Shown here: piece after piece, positions 10,310-23,156 of the stretch
Numbering within the stretch: position 1 is the first letter of the stretch
Layout: every line of letters begins with the position of its first letter
From: Leidyana gryllorum EB-2025a
Lineage: Eukaryota > Protista > Apicomplexa
NCBI GenBank assembly: GCA_048772705.1
Contig: JBLWGC010000047.1
Coordinates: 62,001 to 126,000, forward strand
DNA: 64,000 bases
Direction: 5' to 3'
Translations under genes and position numbers: made by a program
Notes under the pieces: model-generated
Databases searched by the model: none
What the model was told of the DNA's origin: nothing
Seen by the model: only the letters and a program-made list of their open reading frames with translations

Positions 10310-13300
10310 ACATCTGAGCCAAAAGCCTTGGATCGCTGCTCATTCTGTTGACAATGGTACGTTGAGACTGAACGGGAATGCTTTCGCTGGATGAAACAAT
10401 GGGCATCAATGCGGCTTCCAAGGTGGTCGGCGGCAACGGCATCAAATAGTTGAGGCTGATGAAGCTAAAGTCGCGGCCTTGGAGCTTATGTCGTAGGCGC
10501 AGAATCGCTTTACGGGCTTTGAGATTTCGACTCTCATCAGTCAGAATGTCGACAACGAGAGCATTGTTGAATGCCGATTCTTTGGGGTCTTCGCGGTTGC
10601 CTTTGCTCTTCTTTTCCCAAAAGTTCAGAACGTCATCGACAAAGATTGAGGCCATCGAGACGATACTTTGATGCTTTCCGCGCAGAGTGGTCAGAACTTC
10701 TTCCATTATTCGATGAAACTTGCGTTTGTTTGTCTGTGTGTTGTAAAGGAGCTCAGTGATATTTCGAGTGAGTCGGATGGGGACGAGTTCAGGGATCGGT
10801 AGAATCCGTCCAACCTCAAACATATACCCGAAATCGATGTGAACGACATTGCCAGTGGCATCATTGAGCATTATGTTCTTCAAATGGCGATCCCCGACCC
10901 CGAGTACGTACCCGAGCGCCGAGTTCACTCCGGTCGATCGGATGTAATTGTCGTGAGCCAGACGGAAATGATGTTTGAAGGGGAAGCAGGAATGGAAGAA
11001 GACTTCCAGCGTCGGATGCACGCGAGGCATCACATCATTGACAAACACTTTCACCAGTTTGTTATTCTTTCTGGCATCTACCATAAGGGAGTGGCAGTCC
11101 GAATAGGCCAGATCACCCGGAAAATAGATTTCCTGAATCGTTGGTATCCGACCGTCCGGACAGGCGGCGCGTCCCGATTTGAATGCCAAGTCACGCAGTG
11201 TTTTATAGCCCTCCATCCATTCTATGATCCCTGCGTCCTTCCCAACCGGCACGACATTGTATGTGATCAAATGGGCTTCCGGCATCTCAAGTCTCAGAAC
11301 TTCGTTGACCAAATTGAAGGCCTTTTGAATCAGTCTGTCTTGACGAACGTCATCTCTACTCTTTACCAACTCCTTCCGCACATTGCCATCCTGATCTATC
11401 ACACGCACAATTTTGGGACAGCTCTTCCCCGCCTCGGATATATCAAAGTCATCCTCTATCTTCGTTACTGTCCAAATGCCGACGCTCGGAGACGACAGCC
11501 ATTCCCGAAGCAATTGCCGCATCTCTGTGGGCGCGGTCGATCCCACAGTGGCTGGTCTCCCTTTGAGCAGATCTTCAAAAGGCTTCGGCGGCCGAGTCCA
11601 CGTCTCTTGCGCACTAATCACAGGGGCACAGCCAACAATCCTAACCAGGTCCTGATAGGTATCAGATAAGTGTCCACGTGCAATCTGATCTTTCGTGTGG
11701 TCTGCTGCTTGTGCCGGCTTAAGGGTACCCAAAGGTGGCTGACAGAGCCGTATGCGACTCATTCTCTCCCCTTTAACCAGTCCGGGAGCACAGATAATGT
11801 CAGTCAAGCCTGCGTACAGCTTCCACTCGAGCTGCATCACTTCCATTGCTGTCCGATGCGAGATACTTTCAGCCATCACATCAGCGATCAATTGCTCCGC
11901 GGCCTCTTTGCGGGGGCGATTCTCGATGTCTTTGACGTATGTCAACAACTCGAAGGTCATCCAGAAAGGGTAATACCTCAACTGCCAATGGGGCGCTTCC
12001 AGTGTACACACACACGCACAATGCCAATTCAATGGACTCACCATCCAACGTAAGGTTTTGCAGAGGCTCGCTTGAAAGATGTCCCCGGCCTTCGCCTCCC
12101 CCAAGCACGACGCTAAGCGATATGCCCAAGGCAAGAGTGCGGCAGCCAACCGTTGTTTGACGCGTTCATTCTTCATCACCTCTGAATCCCAACAAGACCC
12201 CAAAGGCACCGACACCGAGAATTCCTGAGGTCCGTAAAGTAAAAAGTCACTGGCGAGCCGAGACGAGTGCAATGTGCTCCTGAGTCGCAGTTCGGGGGTC
12301 AATAAGTGATCATCAAAGCTCAGTGTGTAGATCAACCATTCCAGTGTCATCTGTTCCGACAATGCCACAGTCTCGAATGTCTGCACCTTATGTTGATCTA
12401 AGAGATACAACAAACGGCGTCCTTCTCCCTCCAGTCGCGTCATATTCTGCTGAATCTTCCGCCGCTGACCGTGCGCAATATCAGGTTACACCCCCAGGAA
12501 GACCCCTCTCACCTCCGCTTCTGCACTTTTGCCCTTCAGCCCTCCCAATTGATTCTTAAACTCTTCGCGTTCCGCTCGAATGTCGTCGACGTGTTGAAAA
12601 CACATTCGAATGTCATTACCATTATGGACCGCCGTGGCCGCCTGTCGCCCACACACACATACACATATGTTGGAATGGCGCACTCAATACTCACGTCACA
12701 GCTCGTTTGTACATAAATGACGACTCGGGATAAGAGATCCAATCCTTCGAGTTTGGACTCAAACAACTGAGAGGGTGTCAGCTCCAGTTTGGAGGTCGCT
12801 CCCCGCGTCTCCATAGCCAGATTGGTGACAGCTTGGATCAACAGATCGGTCCAGTGTGGACTCGCCGAACTCAGCGCCGACGAATTTACACTGACCTTCC
12901 GGTCCTTCCCTGCGACAAAGGCGCTGGGCGGTGGCTGTGGCTCTGATACCGTGGGTACGGACACAATGTCATTGGCAACCTGGCTGATGTGTCGTATCAA
13001 CACTCCCACTTCTTCCTTTGTTCGAACACCTTCGAAACAATCTTCGTATATCGAGAACAAAGAGTGTCCCCACAATTGAGGACTCAACGGATAGTTGACA
13101 CTCGAAGCCCAGTGAGCTCGTTGCTTAACAAAAACGCTCGCCAAACTCTTGGCGCAGGTTATATTCAATCCTGGACGAAGTGGCAGATGGGGTTTGACCG
13201 ATCTCAAAATATCTTCGAGCAAAGTCTGCACAGTTGAATTCGGAGGCAATGGATACCCAGAACTCTCAACTGTCAGCCAGTGGGTCAGCACCGTGTCGAG

Positions 13301-16300
13301 TTGCTCGAGACCCTGCTCGTCCAGGATCACACGCCTACCCACACTAGACGGTGCCACCACGGGTATGTAGTCACTTACAGAGGCACCCGCCGTTGAAATG
13401 GTATTGACGGCTGCTGACCCACTCTGAGTATCAGCTCGTAACGCAATGTCACCAGCACACCTCCGTGGACACGCGTACTCAATAGCGGCAGGGTCACTTT
13501 CCACTGTCATGTGCCTCTCCAAGGCCTCCAACGCCTTTGTCCAACTGAAAGGCTCATCTGTCAGAGTTCGCTCCTCGAATTCTAAGCGAGCTTCCGCTGC
13601 CGCCATCCATTCAGGAGGAGATTGGTACGGCTTGCCCATATAGACGCCCCTCATCAAGGACACAGCACCGATGGCCAAAGTTATGGCATCCGTACTGATG
13701 GCGTCATTCAACTTCCCAGCCAACACCATCGCGCAGTCCTTCAGGAGACCAACACACGAGACGGTTGGGCCACTTGAGCACTCGCGACTCTCCAACAAAT
13801 CATCTATACTCACACTCGGGAAGTTACCTAACAAAGGCACATCAGGGCTGCCGGCTGTGAAATAAGGAGACTCCCACACGCACGCATGGATTTCCCTCAG
13901 CATTTGGCGGAATGGGCCGTGCAAAGCTTTCAAAATCTCTCTGCTCAAGTCGGCGCATCCTCCCTCGAGGTCTATGGAGTCCAGATAATGGGTGAGAAAG
14001 ACCTCCAACAACTGAAGCTCAGAGATGTCGCGGAATAATCTCAATCCAGCTGTGACTATAGCCGCAGTCAGGTCATGGAGATGTCTTGTAGCCGCTTCCA
14101 GCGTGATCGGACATTCCTCTGGCGCCTCCGTGAACCACGCATCCATAAATCGAGTCAGACACGCGTGTGCTTCGACGGCCACAAGCCCGTGCTGATCACT
14201 GCTGGTGGTGTTGGAATCCGATGCCAGTGGCGCCAGAGCTGTCGCCAGATGCTCGTCGACTTTCAAGCAGATGATCCATTTCAGTAGGCCCCCTCGAGGG
14301 GTAAAGAAGGCAGGCCACCGATGATCGGGCTCAAAGTAGCCCAGGTGCCATGCGCGCATTGTCAATGCCTCCGATTGGGTGACTGGCGGTCTGTGGTTCA
14401 GCAGCCTCCACAAGGGGCAGTCATATGTTTTCCAATCTTCCTGTCCATGGTGCTGCTTCATCAATGCCTCTAATCGATGACGGCAGGCAAAATGGGCTCG
14501 TTCTTCGCCAATGACAGGGTCCAGTGGATCGCTGAGTAGGGCAACTGGCGTGTGATGATCTATAATGGTCTGGGCAAGCGATTTTAGATTGGACAGAGCA
14601 CACATGAGCATACTGAGACAGAGATGGGTGTGCAGTCCGGGTAGAATCGTTGCTGACAAGAAGGATATTGATTTGAGGTGGGATGAGAGTTGTAACAGCC
14701 AAGAGTACCCGAGCTGTTGGGGTGAATCGGCCATGAAGGTGATCGGCATAGTGTCTCCTGCCAAATGGGGGTGCCAGAAAATAAGCTGCTGAGACTGGTA
14801 TTCTGCCGCCCGGTCTGCAAGCTGAGCCCAGAGATGTCTGAAGACTTCAACGATACGTCTCCAGATCAAGTTGGCATTGGTGGGGCTGAGGTCATCCATG
14901 ATACCTCCATCAGACCTTTCTACTCCAAAAGCTTTGGCTTGCTGCGCTGCAGCCACTCTCCAGGCAATCTGGGACAGCGTCCAGGTCGATCTCGACAAGA
15001 TGAAGGGGGTTGGATGAGGTTGAGTTTTCAACCACTGAATAAGAATGCTCATAAGGTTCGAGATGGTGGGTGGACACGTGGTGTCTCGCGAACGACTTAA
15101 CCTCTGCATGAAATCTGTAGTTGGAGGGCCTATGAGGAAGTCGACGATGAAAGCGGCATTGTCAGAGAGTCTGTCGGCTTCGTTTTGACGCTTTTGGACA
15201 AAACTGAGGACTTCGTCGTCAATTACTGAGAGATCGGCGGAGAAGAGGTGTTGCTCGAACTGTTGACGGCCCCACGGGTGACGCAAGCGCAGCGGTATTG
15301 TCTGAGGAACGGCGGGTGTGTCAGGTAGACGTTGGTGGCTGGGGTTCTGTAGCAACCCTCTAATAGCGACTGCAGCCGCTGTGGAAGATTGGGGAGCGTT
15401 GAGGTCCAACGTCTGCCACAGCGAGTGGGGGGATCGTAGTAAGGCGCATTGCTCAATGTAAAAAGCCATCAGAGGCGAGGGCAACTCGAGGGAGTCGAAA
15501 CGATTGTGAAATCGGGAACACCACTGCATGAGAGCCACCAACGAGAAGAATATCTGAGCATCGTGGATCTCTTGTCCACTCGGATAGAGGGGTAACAGTC
15601 GCCGAAACAATAAGAACGCCGCTTCCTCTCTGACATGAATGGCAGGTTCTGCGTTCAACAGAACAGTTTCGACGAGATCGGCTAAGGCGCCTTTACGCAG
15701 AAGGTTTTGCAGTGCCACTGTCAAATCGTCTGGATCAATGTTTGGCAACTCGCCTGTTATGCAATAATGGCGGAGTTGCAGAAGTCGGCGGCAGGTGACG
15801 ATAGTTTCATCCGGTCCGTTAGCGTAGACATCCCCACTGGTACGAGACTGCTTCCACCATCTTTTGGTAACACTGGGTGTGGAGGATGTTTGGCTCTCAC
15901 CCGTGGTACTGTTTCGTGATCCGAGAGGCTGCGTCCCAACACTTCTCTCAATCCACTCCAAGTCTCGGGCCTCGAGCTTGGACGAGAGTATTGATTGCGG
16001 TTCATTTAACATTTCATTCACCGACGGTCTGTCTTCTCTCCCGGTGACCCACAATCCGACGGTCTGCACTGTCGGGACCCCCATGGCAGCTTGAAGAGCC
16101 ACCGAGCCCTCCAGTCGCAGAGCACTCCCCATACCGCAGGCGGCTCGGATCAGATAACTGCTCCTCAGATTGGGATTCTTCTTACATAATGCCACCACAC
16201 TGTCGCTTTCACGCAGCAGTAACAATGGCTCCACAGTCATTGAGTATTCGGGGGCGGGAATCTTGGGCAATGGTCGATGCAGAAGAGTCCAGACGAGAAA

Positions 16301-18228
16301 GATGGTTTGCGCTCGGAATATCCCCAGACCGGTCAGTGGCATCGTTTGTTTGAGTAGAAACTGCTCACTCTCCTCATTGAGCATTTTAATGGTAGCGAGT
16401 CCCGCGGGGACGTCAAAGTATTCGAGCTTTCGAATAGCGATGAGAACGTCCACCGCTGCCAAGACTCCCTCCAGAGACACGGTGTCGATCACTTTGTGAA
16501 CAGCTTTGACGAGATCGCTCAAAATGCCTCCAATCAGAGTTGAGGCCTTTGGAGCACTCGCTGCTGCTGACTCGTGATTATGAGAATTGACGACGAAAGG
16601 CTCGGGTGTGAGGAAGTGACACCGCGCTATTAGATCGAGTCCCAACAGATACTCGTACTGAGTATCATCTGTTTCTGACCCCCCTAACACTCTACCGGCT
16701 CCCGCCCCCGCGGGTGCAGTGCGAAAGGGAGCGAGACGGCGAGCAGTGTGCTGTTGTGATAAGAAGCGATTCTCCAACCCCGCCACTCCAATACCGAAAG
16801 TTCCAATTTCGGGCCTCCGAGCTGATAGACTGGGACGGTCGTTGTTGCTGGGTGGCGAAGAAGGGGCAGCGATTTGAGTGGCATTCTTAATGAGAGCCTC
16901 TCGAATTGGGGTCTGCAACTTGGCGGCCTCTTGACCGCTGATGCGGTAAGTTACCAACTCGACACACAATTGCGGCCCTTCAATTTGATACACAGTCGTA
17001 GTACTCAGCTCGGAGAGATATTCCTGCACCAGGCCGACCCATTCACACAGCACTTTGGCAGCAACAGCCCCGCGCTTCACACATCGCTCCCAATATTGCA
17101 CGAGACGTATTACTGGGAACCGATCTTTCAGCGGTTTACTCTGATCCCTCCGGGAGAGTAATCCTCGAATAGTGGATAAAAATATGACTTGGTGATGCTC
17201 GCTGAGTGAATCAGAAAAAGTGTGTGTGTGTGAGTGGTTGTCAGCATCGTCGCACTCACGTTGGGACCTCGAGCACCCCGACCACCTCGTCCAATAGCTC
17301 TTCCGCATCGCGATCGCTCACGTGAACAATGTCTCCGGCGTTTAGGAGACGCGAGGCGGCAGATAATTTGCTGGACGACGCTTGAGAGAGTGGTCTGAAC
17401 TGACGCAACAGCCCTGCATCGGAGAGACGTCATTGAGAGTTCAGCTCAAAGGGAGCTCAAAGGGAGTCAGAGACTCACTTGCAGCTTTGGAGGCTTCGAT
17501 TCTGACATGTTGGATGTTGGTGCGTCCCCAGAATCTGATGAGCTCGCCGACAAAGTCGAGAGCTCTGTCGTCGTTGCCATCAAAGTCGAGGGACATTTGG
17601 TCGGGGCTCTGATCCATCAAGTAGGTGGAGGACAGAGTGGCAATGACAGTATTGACAATAGTCTCATCCGACCAGAGGGCTCGCGCGATATGCAGATGGA
17701 GAGTACTTATTGTCCAAAAGGAGAAGTCGAGAGCAAACTGCAGATAAGTCGTCTCTACGGGAGCCGTGGAGCGGACTCCCCCACTCGACATTCTACGCCG
17801 TTTAGACGGCGCCACGGCTTTGCTCAAGTGATCGCTCCATCGTTCCAATGCTCTGCAGATGTCACTTTATTAGTCCACAGACAGATAGACAGACAATGCT
17901 CACAATAAGAGGAGTCGTTTGACGTTACAGCCGTGATGACTATAGATTTCCTCCTCCCATTCTTGCAGAGAGGCACCGATGAGCCGACTGTAGGCGACTT
18001 TCATACTGCGTTAGGAGCGTAAAGGCAGCGGAGCTTACGCGACATGGCATCCTTCCTGGCAGTCTTGGTGGTATTGGGGGCTTGAAGGGCGACCGTAGCA
18101 GCGGCGAAGCTGCCTAAGCGCTGTGCGCGGAATGGGGACTCGTGTGATTTGAAGGGCGTCGATTCGACATGAGCATTGATAGGGGGCTGATCTTCATTGA
18201 AGAAATCATCATCAAAGGCATCGAACAT
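10284..18228 (-). CDS. ATM: PIKK-family Ser/Thr kinase, ATM/Tel1-like, multi-exon
   Basis: KSRDDVRQDRLIQKAF, GYVLGVGDRHLKNIML, HIDFG, GRILPIPELVPIRLTRNI and a FATC end (SDPRLLAQMYVGWSAWL). The long helical N-terminal region is joined by short introns; the 5' end (18228) is inferred. Confidence 0.85.
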
Positions 18229-18253
18229 ACTGTCTGTCTCACTCTTCTACTAA

Positions 18254-19448
18254 CTATTCTGCGAGGGACGGGGCCGACTGTTGCGGTGGGGGAGGGGAAT
18301 TATCGGCTACAACACTTTCTGCTTGGCTCTGCTTGACCACCATCAAGTCGTGGTCCATGTCTGTGACATCGGGCCACCGCTCGGTGCTCGTGCTGGGTAT
18401 CAAGCCGTACTCCGAGAGCACCCGGGACAGCTTCGCCGGATGCAAGCGGAGGCCACTGGATCTGTGAGCGTTAGTCGTCCCCACTGATCGGAGAATGGGG
18501 CCCTGGAACTGTCGTCGACGTTTACGGACAGCAGTCTTGGAGGAACGAAAAATCTAGAAACACCATCAAAATGGAGCTTACCGCGTACACTCGACGCAGA
18601 TAGAGGTCCTGATTACGCATCGTCTTGAGATGCGACTTCATTGTGTTGGTGATGAGCATTCGGAAACTCAGCAAGTATACCGAGGCGCTCAGCAGGAGAG
18701 TGCTGGCCGCTCCCTGTCGCGTCCTGTGATGAGGCGGTAGTTGGGAAAGGCCGGGCACACTCACTGAAACTCCTGACCCAAGACGTCCTGGAGGACGCGA
18801 GCCTGGCTTCTGGCCAAAGCCATCTCGCCGAACACCACAATCAAAAGCACTCCCGCGGCGACGACTCCTGTGCTGGCATACCAATGCCAGAGTTTGAGCT
18901 TTCGAGCTGCATTGCTGCTGAGTATGGCTACGAGGCCTTCGTATGCAGCCAGATAGAGCGCCAAGATACCTAACCCCAAGATCACTGCACATATAACCTG
19001 GGCGAGTTGGTTTTGTAGACAAATCTCTCTCGTCTAACCCGCACTGACTTTGGTGTAAATCTGCATCTTGGACTCGTTACACAGCGTTGTGTTGCTTTGC
19101 CCGCCGGCCATCCCTTCCTCAGTACCAAATGGACAGGTGAAAGTCAGAGGGCTGTTGAAGAAGGGGGACGATTGGGTGCAGTGGGTACGGTGCCTCCGCA
19201 TACCGGAGCAAACTCCGGGGCCAGCCCGGGGGGCCGAATGCTTCACAGAGATAGGGGGAGTCATTGCACACGAGGTTCGAGAAGTACCAGTAGGCTCCAA
19301 CGCCAATTGTGGATCTCGGGCTAGACAAAAGTTGGATATTGTCCAGTGGAAAGACAAAGGGTACCACGGTGGCCGCTATGGCCCAACAGAGATCAATGGA
19401 GGCGCAAAGCACCATGGCTGTGGTGGCGATGCATCCAACAGCCGTCAT
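18254..19448 (-). CDS. Hypothetical ~4-TM membrane protein, multi-exon
   Basis: ORF pieces 19119-19448, 18761-18985, 18522-18740 and 18254-18484 carry TM segments and are separated by GT-AG-like gaps. Confidence 0.55.
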
Positions 19449-19459
19449 AAAGTTTTTGG

Positions 19460-19913
19460 ATGTCATCTTCTACCAAGACAGTCATCCGCAATGACCTCTG
19501 CAAGTACTTGGACAAAAGGGTGATCATCAAGTTTCTGGGAGGCCGGCAAGGTGAGAATTGAGTGATGGAGTGGTGTGTAAACAATTTTCACACAGTCTCT
19601 GGGGTGCTGAAAGGTATGGATGACATAGTCAACGTGGTTCTGGACGAGTGTCATGAGACTTTGAGAGGTGAGAGCTGCCTGCTGGGCGAGGCGGATTTCA
19701 TGTTGTTTGATTGAGAACAGATGCGAACGGCGAGTTGACTGAGCATAAACGCAAGTTGGGTCTGCTAGTCGCTAGAGGCACTGGGGTGAGTGCTCAAGTT
19801 TGTGTGTTGTGTTCGAACGAAAATGAGTGCTGCAGATTATCATGATATGCAGCGAAGATGGGTGTGTTGAGATACCCAATCCTTTTGTTCAGCAGGAGGG
19901 ACCTCAGATCTAG
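19460..19913 (+). CDS. LSM7: U6 snRNA-associated Sm-like protein LSm7 (4 exons)
   Basis: Removing introns 19551-19595, 19668-19720 and 19786-19835 gives MSSSTKTVIRNDLCKYLDKRVIIKFLGGRQVSGVLKGMDDIVNVVLDECHETLRDANGELTEHKRKLGLLVARGTGIIMICSEDGCVEIPNPFVQQEGPQI, with Sm1/Sm2 motifs and the LSm7-type IPNPF tail. Confidence 0.95.
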
Positions 19914-19925
19914 CCCAAAAATATA

Positions 19926-20306
19926 ATGCAGCCCCATAGTATATTATTGGGTGGCGCAATACTGCTGTGTGCCGAGACCCGTGTTCCAAATCCCACCGGC
20001 GTCTGTACAGTAGATTTGTGCAATGGGCGCGGGGTGTGTCGAGTAAGACTGTCTACTGTCGTCGTCTCAATGAATAATGTATCTCAACCACCACCAGGAA
20101 GATCCAGCTGAAATAAACGGGTTCGTGTGTCAGTGCGATTGGAACTATTCAGGTAGAACTTGCCTTGGTGAGTCCCGCGAAAACAACTACCCCTCCCCAA
20201 CACCTCAGTAGTTGAGGGGCCTAATAAATGGTGGCCAATCAGTGTGGCAACCCTTAGCACATTGGGAGCGCTGGGGATTGTTAGTGCGTTAGCTTTGGCT
20301 CCCTGA
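19926..20306 (+). CDS. Small surface protein: signal peptide + single EGF domain + C-terminal hydrophobic anchor (3 exons)
   Basis: Removing introns 20043-20097 and 20168-20208 gives MQPHSILLGGAILLCAETRVPNPTGVCTVDLCNGRGVCREDPAEINGFVCQCDWNYSGRTCLVVEGPNKWWPISVATLSTLGALGIVSALALAP, with six Cys in EGF spacing. Confidence 0.88.
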
Positions 20307-20332
20307 TTTTTCGTCTCTTTTCACTTCACTGT

Positions 20333-20788
20333 ATGGCGGCGACTGCAATCAACAACTCCTTCTCGGCCATCAACAAGATGGGCCTGTGGCTGACAAGCCC
20401 ACTTGCCAGCTTCTTCACACGCTGGGTACGAGACCCCCTCGAAGCCCTGATGTTCTATAATGACAAGACAACTCGCTTCTGCAGCGAACATCCTACCGTC
20501 GTCGCCTTATTAATATGTGTAGTGATCTATGCAGTGTTTCTGCTCGTGCTCCATATCGGCCACGAACTAGCCATCAAGTTTTTTGGTCCAACCCCATATC
20601 ATTTGGCCGCTGCCGAACTCAAGAAATCTAAGCTCAACAGAGACAAAGCCGCCGCCGTCGAAAAGAAGAACAACAAACAACTTCCCTCTGGTGGTGATGG
20701 TGGCGACCGCAACGCTGCTGCACACGCAGCAACAAGCATTTCAAAGAGCACCAAGACAACAACCACCGTGAGATCAAGAAAGCACTAG
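20333..20788 (+). CDS. Hypothetical single-TM protein (151 aa)
   Basis: ATG-started ORF with TM segment VVALLICVVIYAVFLLVLHIG and a basic tail. Confidence 0.7.
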   Translation: MAATAINNSFSAINKMGLWLTSPLASFFTRWVRDPLEALMFYNDKTTRFCSEHPTVVALLICVVIYAVFLLVLHIGHELAIKFFGPTPYHLAAAELKKSKLNRDKAAAVEKKNNKQLPSGGDGGDRNAAAHAATSISKSTKTTTTVRSRKH

Positions 20789-20789
20789 A

Positions 20790-21949
20790 TCAGGTCTGAC
20801 TATAGGCCCAGAAGGGCTGGCTGGATGTCCCTCCGGCGGCGTTGTTGTTGTTGGCTCTGTTTTCAGCCTGCGGTTTGAGAAGCGACTGGTTCTCCGCATC
20901 GTTGCCCTTTGCTCGCCTTTGGTGGAAAACGTCTCGGATCGTCAGGATCAGGAGCACAATGTAGAGCGCTGTTGACATTTGTAGTATCTCACCATTTTTA
21001 TATGACTCACCAATCAGAGCCAAAACACACCAGTACATGTACGCTGGACGCCGTATGTCCGCAAACGCGGCAATGAAAGGCACCTCAGGATTGGCATTCA
21101 TGTACAGTGGGGCCACCAGCGAGAAAAGTGCCTTCAACGCTCCCAAGTAGAATATCCCGTACATACTTGCTGCGGTCGCCAGCGCCATCACCCCTGTGGC
21201 CATTCCGGCCAGATGCAGAGTGTGGAGGCGACTCTTTGCGTTCCGTTCAGTCCGCTTGCGCCTGTGTAACGATGCGTAGTGAACGTGAAAGTCGCATTTG
21301 ACCACTCAGTCACAGCCGAGTGCTGGCTGACGCAGACTGTCTGTTGTTCAACCCAGTCAGTCAGTCATCACGTCACCTTGTCGTGTGAGCACACACACGT
21401 GTGAGAGACGCACCGCGTGTGACAGGGTGGTTGTGGGGGAGACGTACCGCGAAAGGATGACAGTGACGCCGAGGGCAATGATGAGGAAGGCCACACCAAC
21501 AAAATGGACGGTAGCTGTGATGACTGCTCCGACTCTGAGGCCTCGGAGGTGATCGTTGAGATCCTCGTAGACGAGCGCTTGTGTTCGGTACGGTTCGGGC
21601 ATGTCATCTGGTAGTGATTCGCGTAGATTGGCAAAGTAGTTGTTGACACTGTAGAATGCGGCGTATTGGATGTTTATGAGGGGCTGCGTAAAAGAAAATC
21701 GGCTCACGGGCGGAAGGATCCCTCCAGAGCTTTGTAAACGGTCATACAGATGGCGTAGAAGGCTGGTTCTGTATCGGATACGGTACAATCCGAGGCGGTG
21801 TGTAGGCTCCAAAGATTGGAGCGCCATTTGAGGTCGTGGCCATTGCCAAGCTCCCAAGCAGCTTCTGCCCAAGGCCCGAAGCGTCCAGCGAGCGAGACAA
21901 GAGTTATTAGAGCGGCTTGAAGTAGACAGTAAATAGTAGTTAGTGCCAT
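20790..21949 (-). CDS. Hypothetical ~4-TM membrane protein, multi-exon
   Basis: Starts MALTTIYCLLQAALITLVSLAG; exons join in frame across a short intron near 21690 and a 186-nt intron 21262-21447 (ILSR|RKRTERN). Confidence 0.65.
21306..21371 (-). ncRNA. Candidate intronic box C/D snoRNA
   Basis: Box C GTGATGA and box D CTGA bound a 66-nt span inside a long intron on the host strand. No rRNA target was identified. Confidence 0.3.
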
Positions 21950-21971
21950 GATGGCATGTGCATGCTTCTTA

Positions 21972-23055
21972 TCAAATGGGGTGGTAAAGTAGAAGAGCAA
22001 CGAGGAGCAGAGCAAGGCACGCAAACATGTATACGTCTGGCTTGTGGTTGGCCACCGCAGCGGAGGGCCGCTCCGGAATACATCTTGTTGGTTGGCCTCT
22101 GATCGCCATACAGACGACATCCGGCATCCCACAGTACCCCCATTCGGTCTGTACAATGTCCGGGATGTAAAAGAACTCCGAGGCGACGACCGGCTGCACA
22201 GTTTGCCATTCCGACACACCCCGGTGGTAATGGCACTGTGAGCAGTGCATGGATTCGCAGGAGGAGCAGAGGCGCGACCAGGCGCACGAAGAGTCCCAAG
22301 TCCAGGCCCACAAACCTTCTTCGACAGTTCTGAAAAAAAGGTTAGAAGTAGAGTTGTGGTGATTCTTCTTGTTCTTACCTGAGAACTAGCTGTCTACACA
22401 TTGGTAGAATGTTCCCGAACACGCGAAGGAGGATGACGTCTGGCTCCTTGCGCGCTTCCTCCAGTAACATTTGCTTGATTTCCGGTGTTGGGGAGTGGAG
22501 GTTGTAGCTCAATTGATTGTCCGTGCACTCCAGTAGGGCGGGGGCGCCTTCGTCAACATGTGTAGCCGCTGAGGAGGAGGACTCTGTAGAAGCTGTTCGG
22601 TAGCGTATGTTTGCCAACCGTTGCCCATTGTAGTCGTCCGGGATCCCATCTAAGCAGTTGTAGTCGACTTCCTCGAGATCGATGTCTTGGAGCGCAGTCC
22701 CATTGAATGTGTATGAGCCAGTGGGAAACTCGAATAAGTCATCTACGAATCCTGTGGAGGCAGAGCAGGTCCCCAGTGAGTAACCGGAGATGTATCCATA
22801 GTGACGCATGCGGAAGTAGCACCTTGAGCTCCATGCACCCGACATGAGACATGCAGTGACTAAGACATCCAGCGACGACGTCCCCTCCCAGCAGATCACG
22901 TTCTGGTAGCATTGGAGTTGGCAAGCAGTGTTCGGCTCCAGAACCTCCCCGTTGAAAATGCTTCCGGTCTCGCAGATGAGCTGCGAGGTGTGGGTGCCAT
23001 ATCGTGGCTGAACAACTTGTGGCCGGGTGCGCGATGGTGCAGCAGCGGAGTACAT
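21972..23055 (-). CDS. Cys-rich putative surface protein with C-terminal hydrophobic (GPI/TM) tail
   Basis: ORF 22375-23055 splices in frame (intron ~22330-22378) to TVEEGLWAWTWDSSCAWSRLCSSC...YMFACLALLLVALLLYHPI. The true 5' end is unresolved, possibly an extra exon near 23137. Confidence 0.6.
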
Positions 23056-23156
23056 GTTAGTAGAAGCGATTCAAGTGAAAAAAGCTGTGAACGTGAAAGC
23101 AAACTATCAACACATGCAATACTATAATTGTCGTCATACAAACGTTAGTTAGTTAG

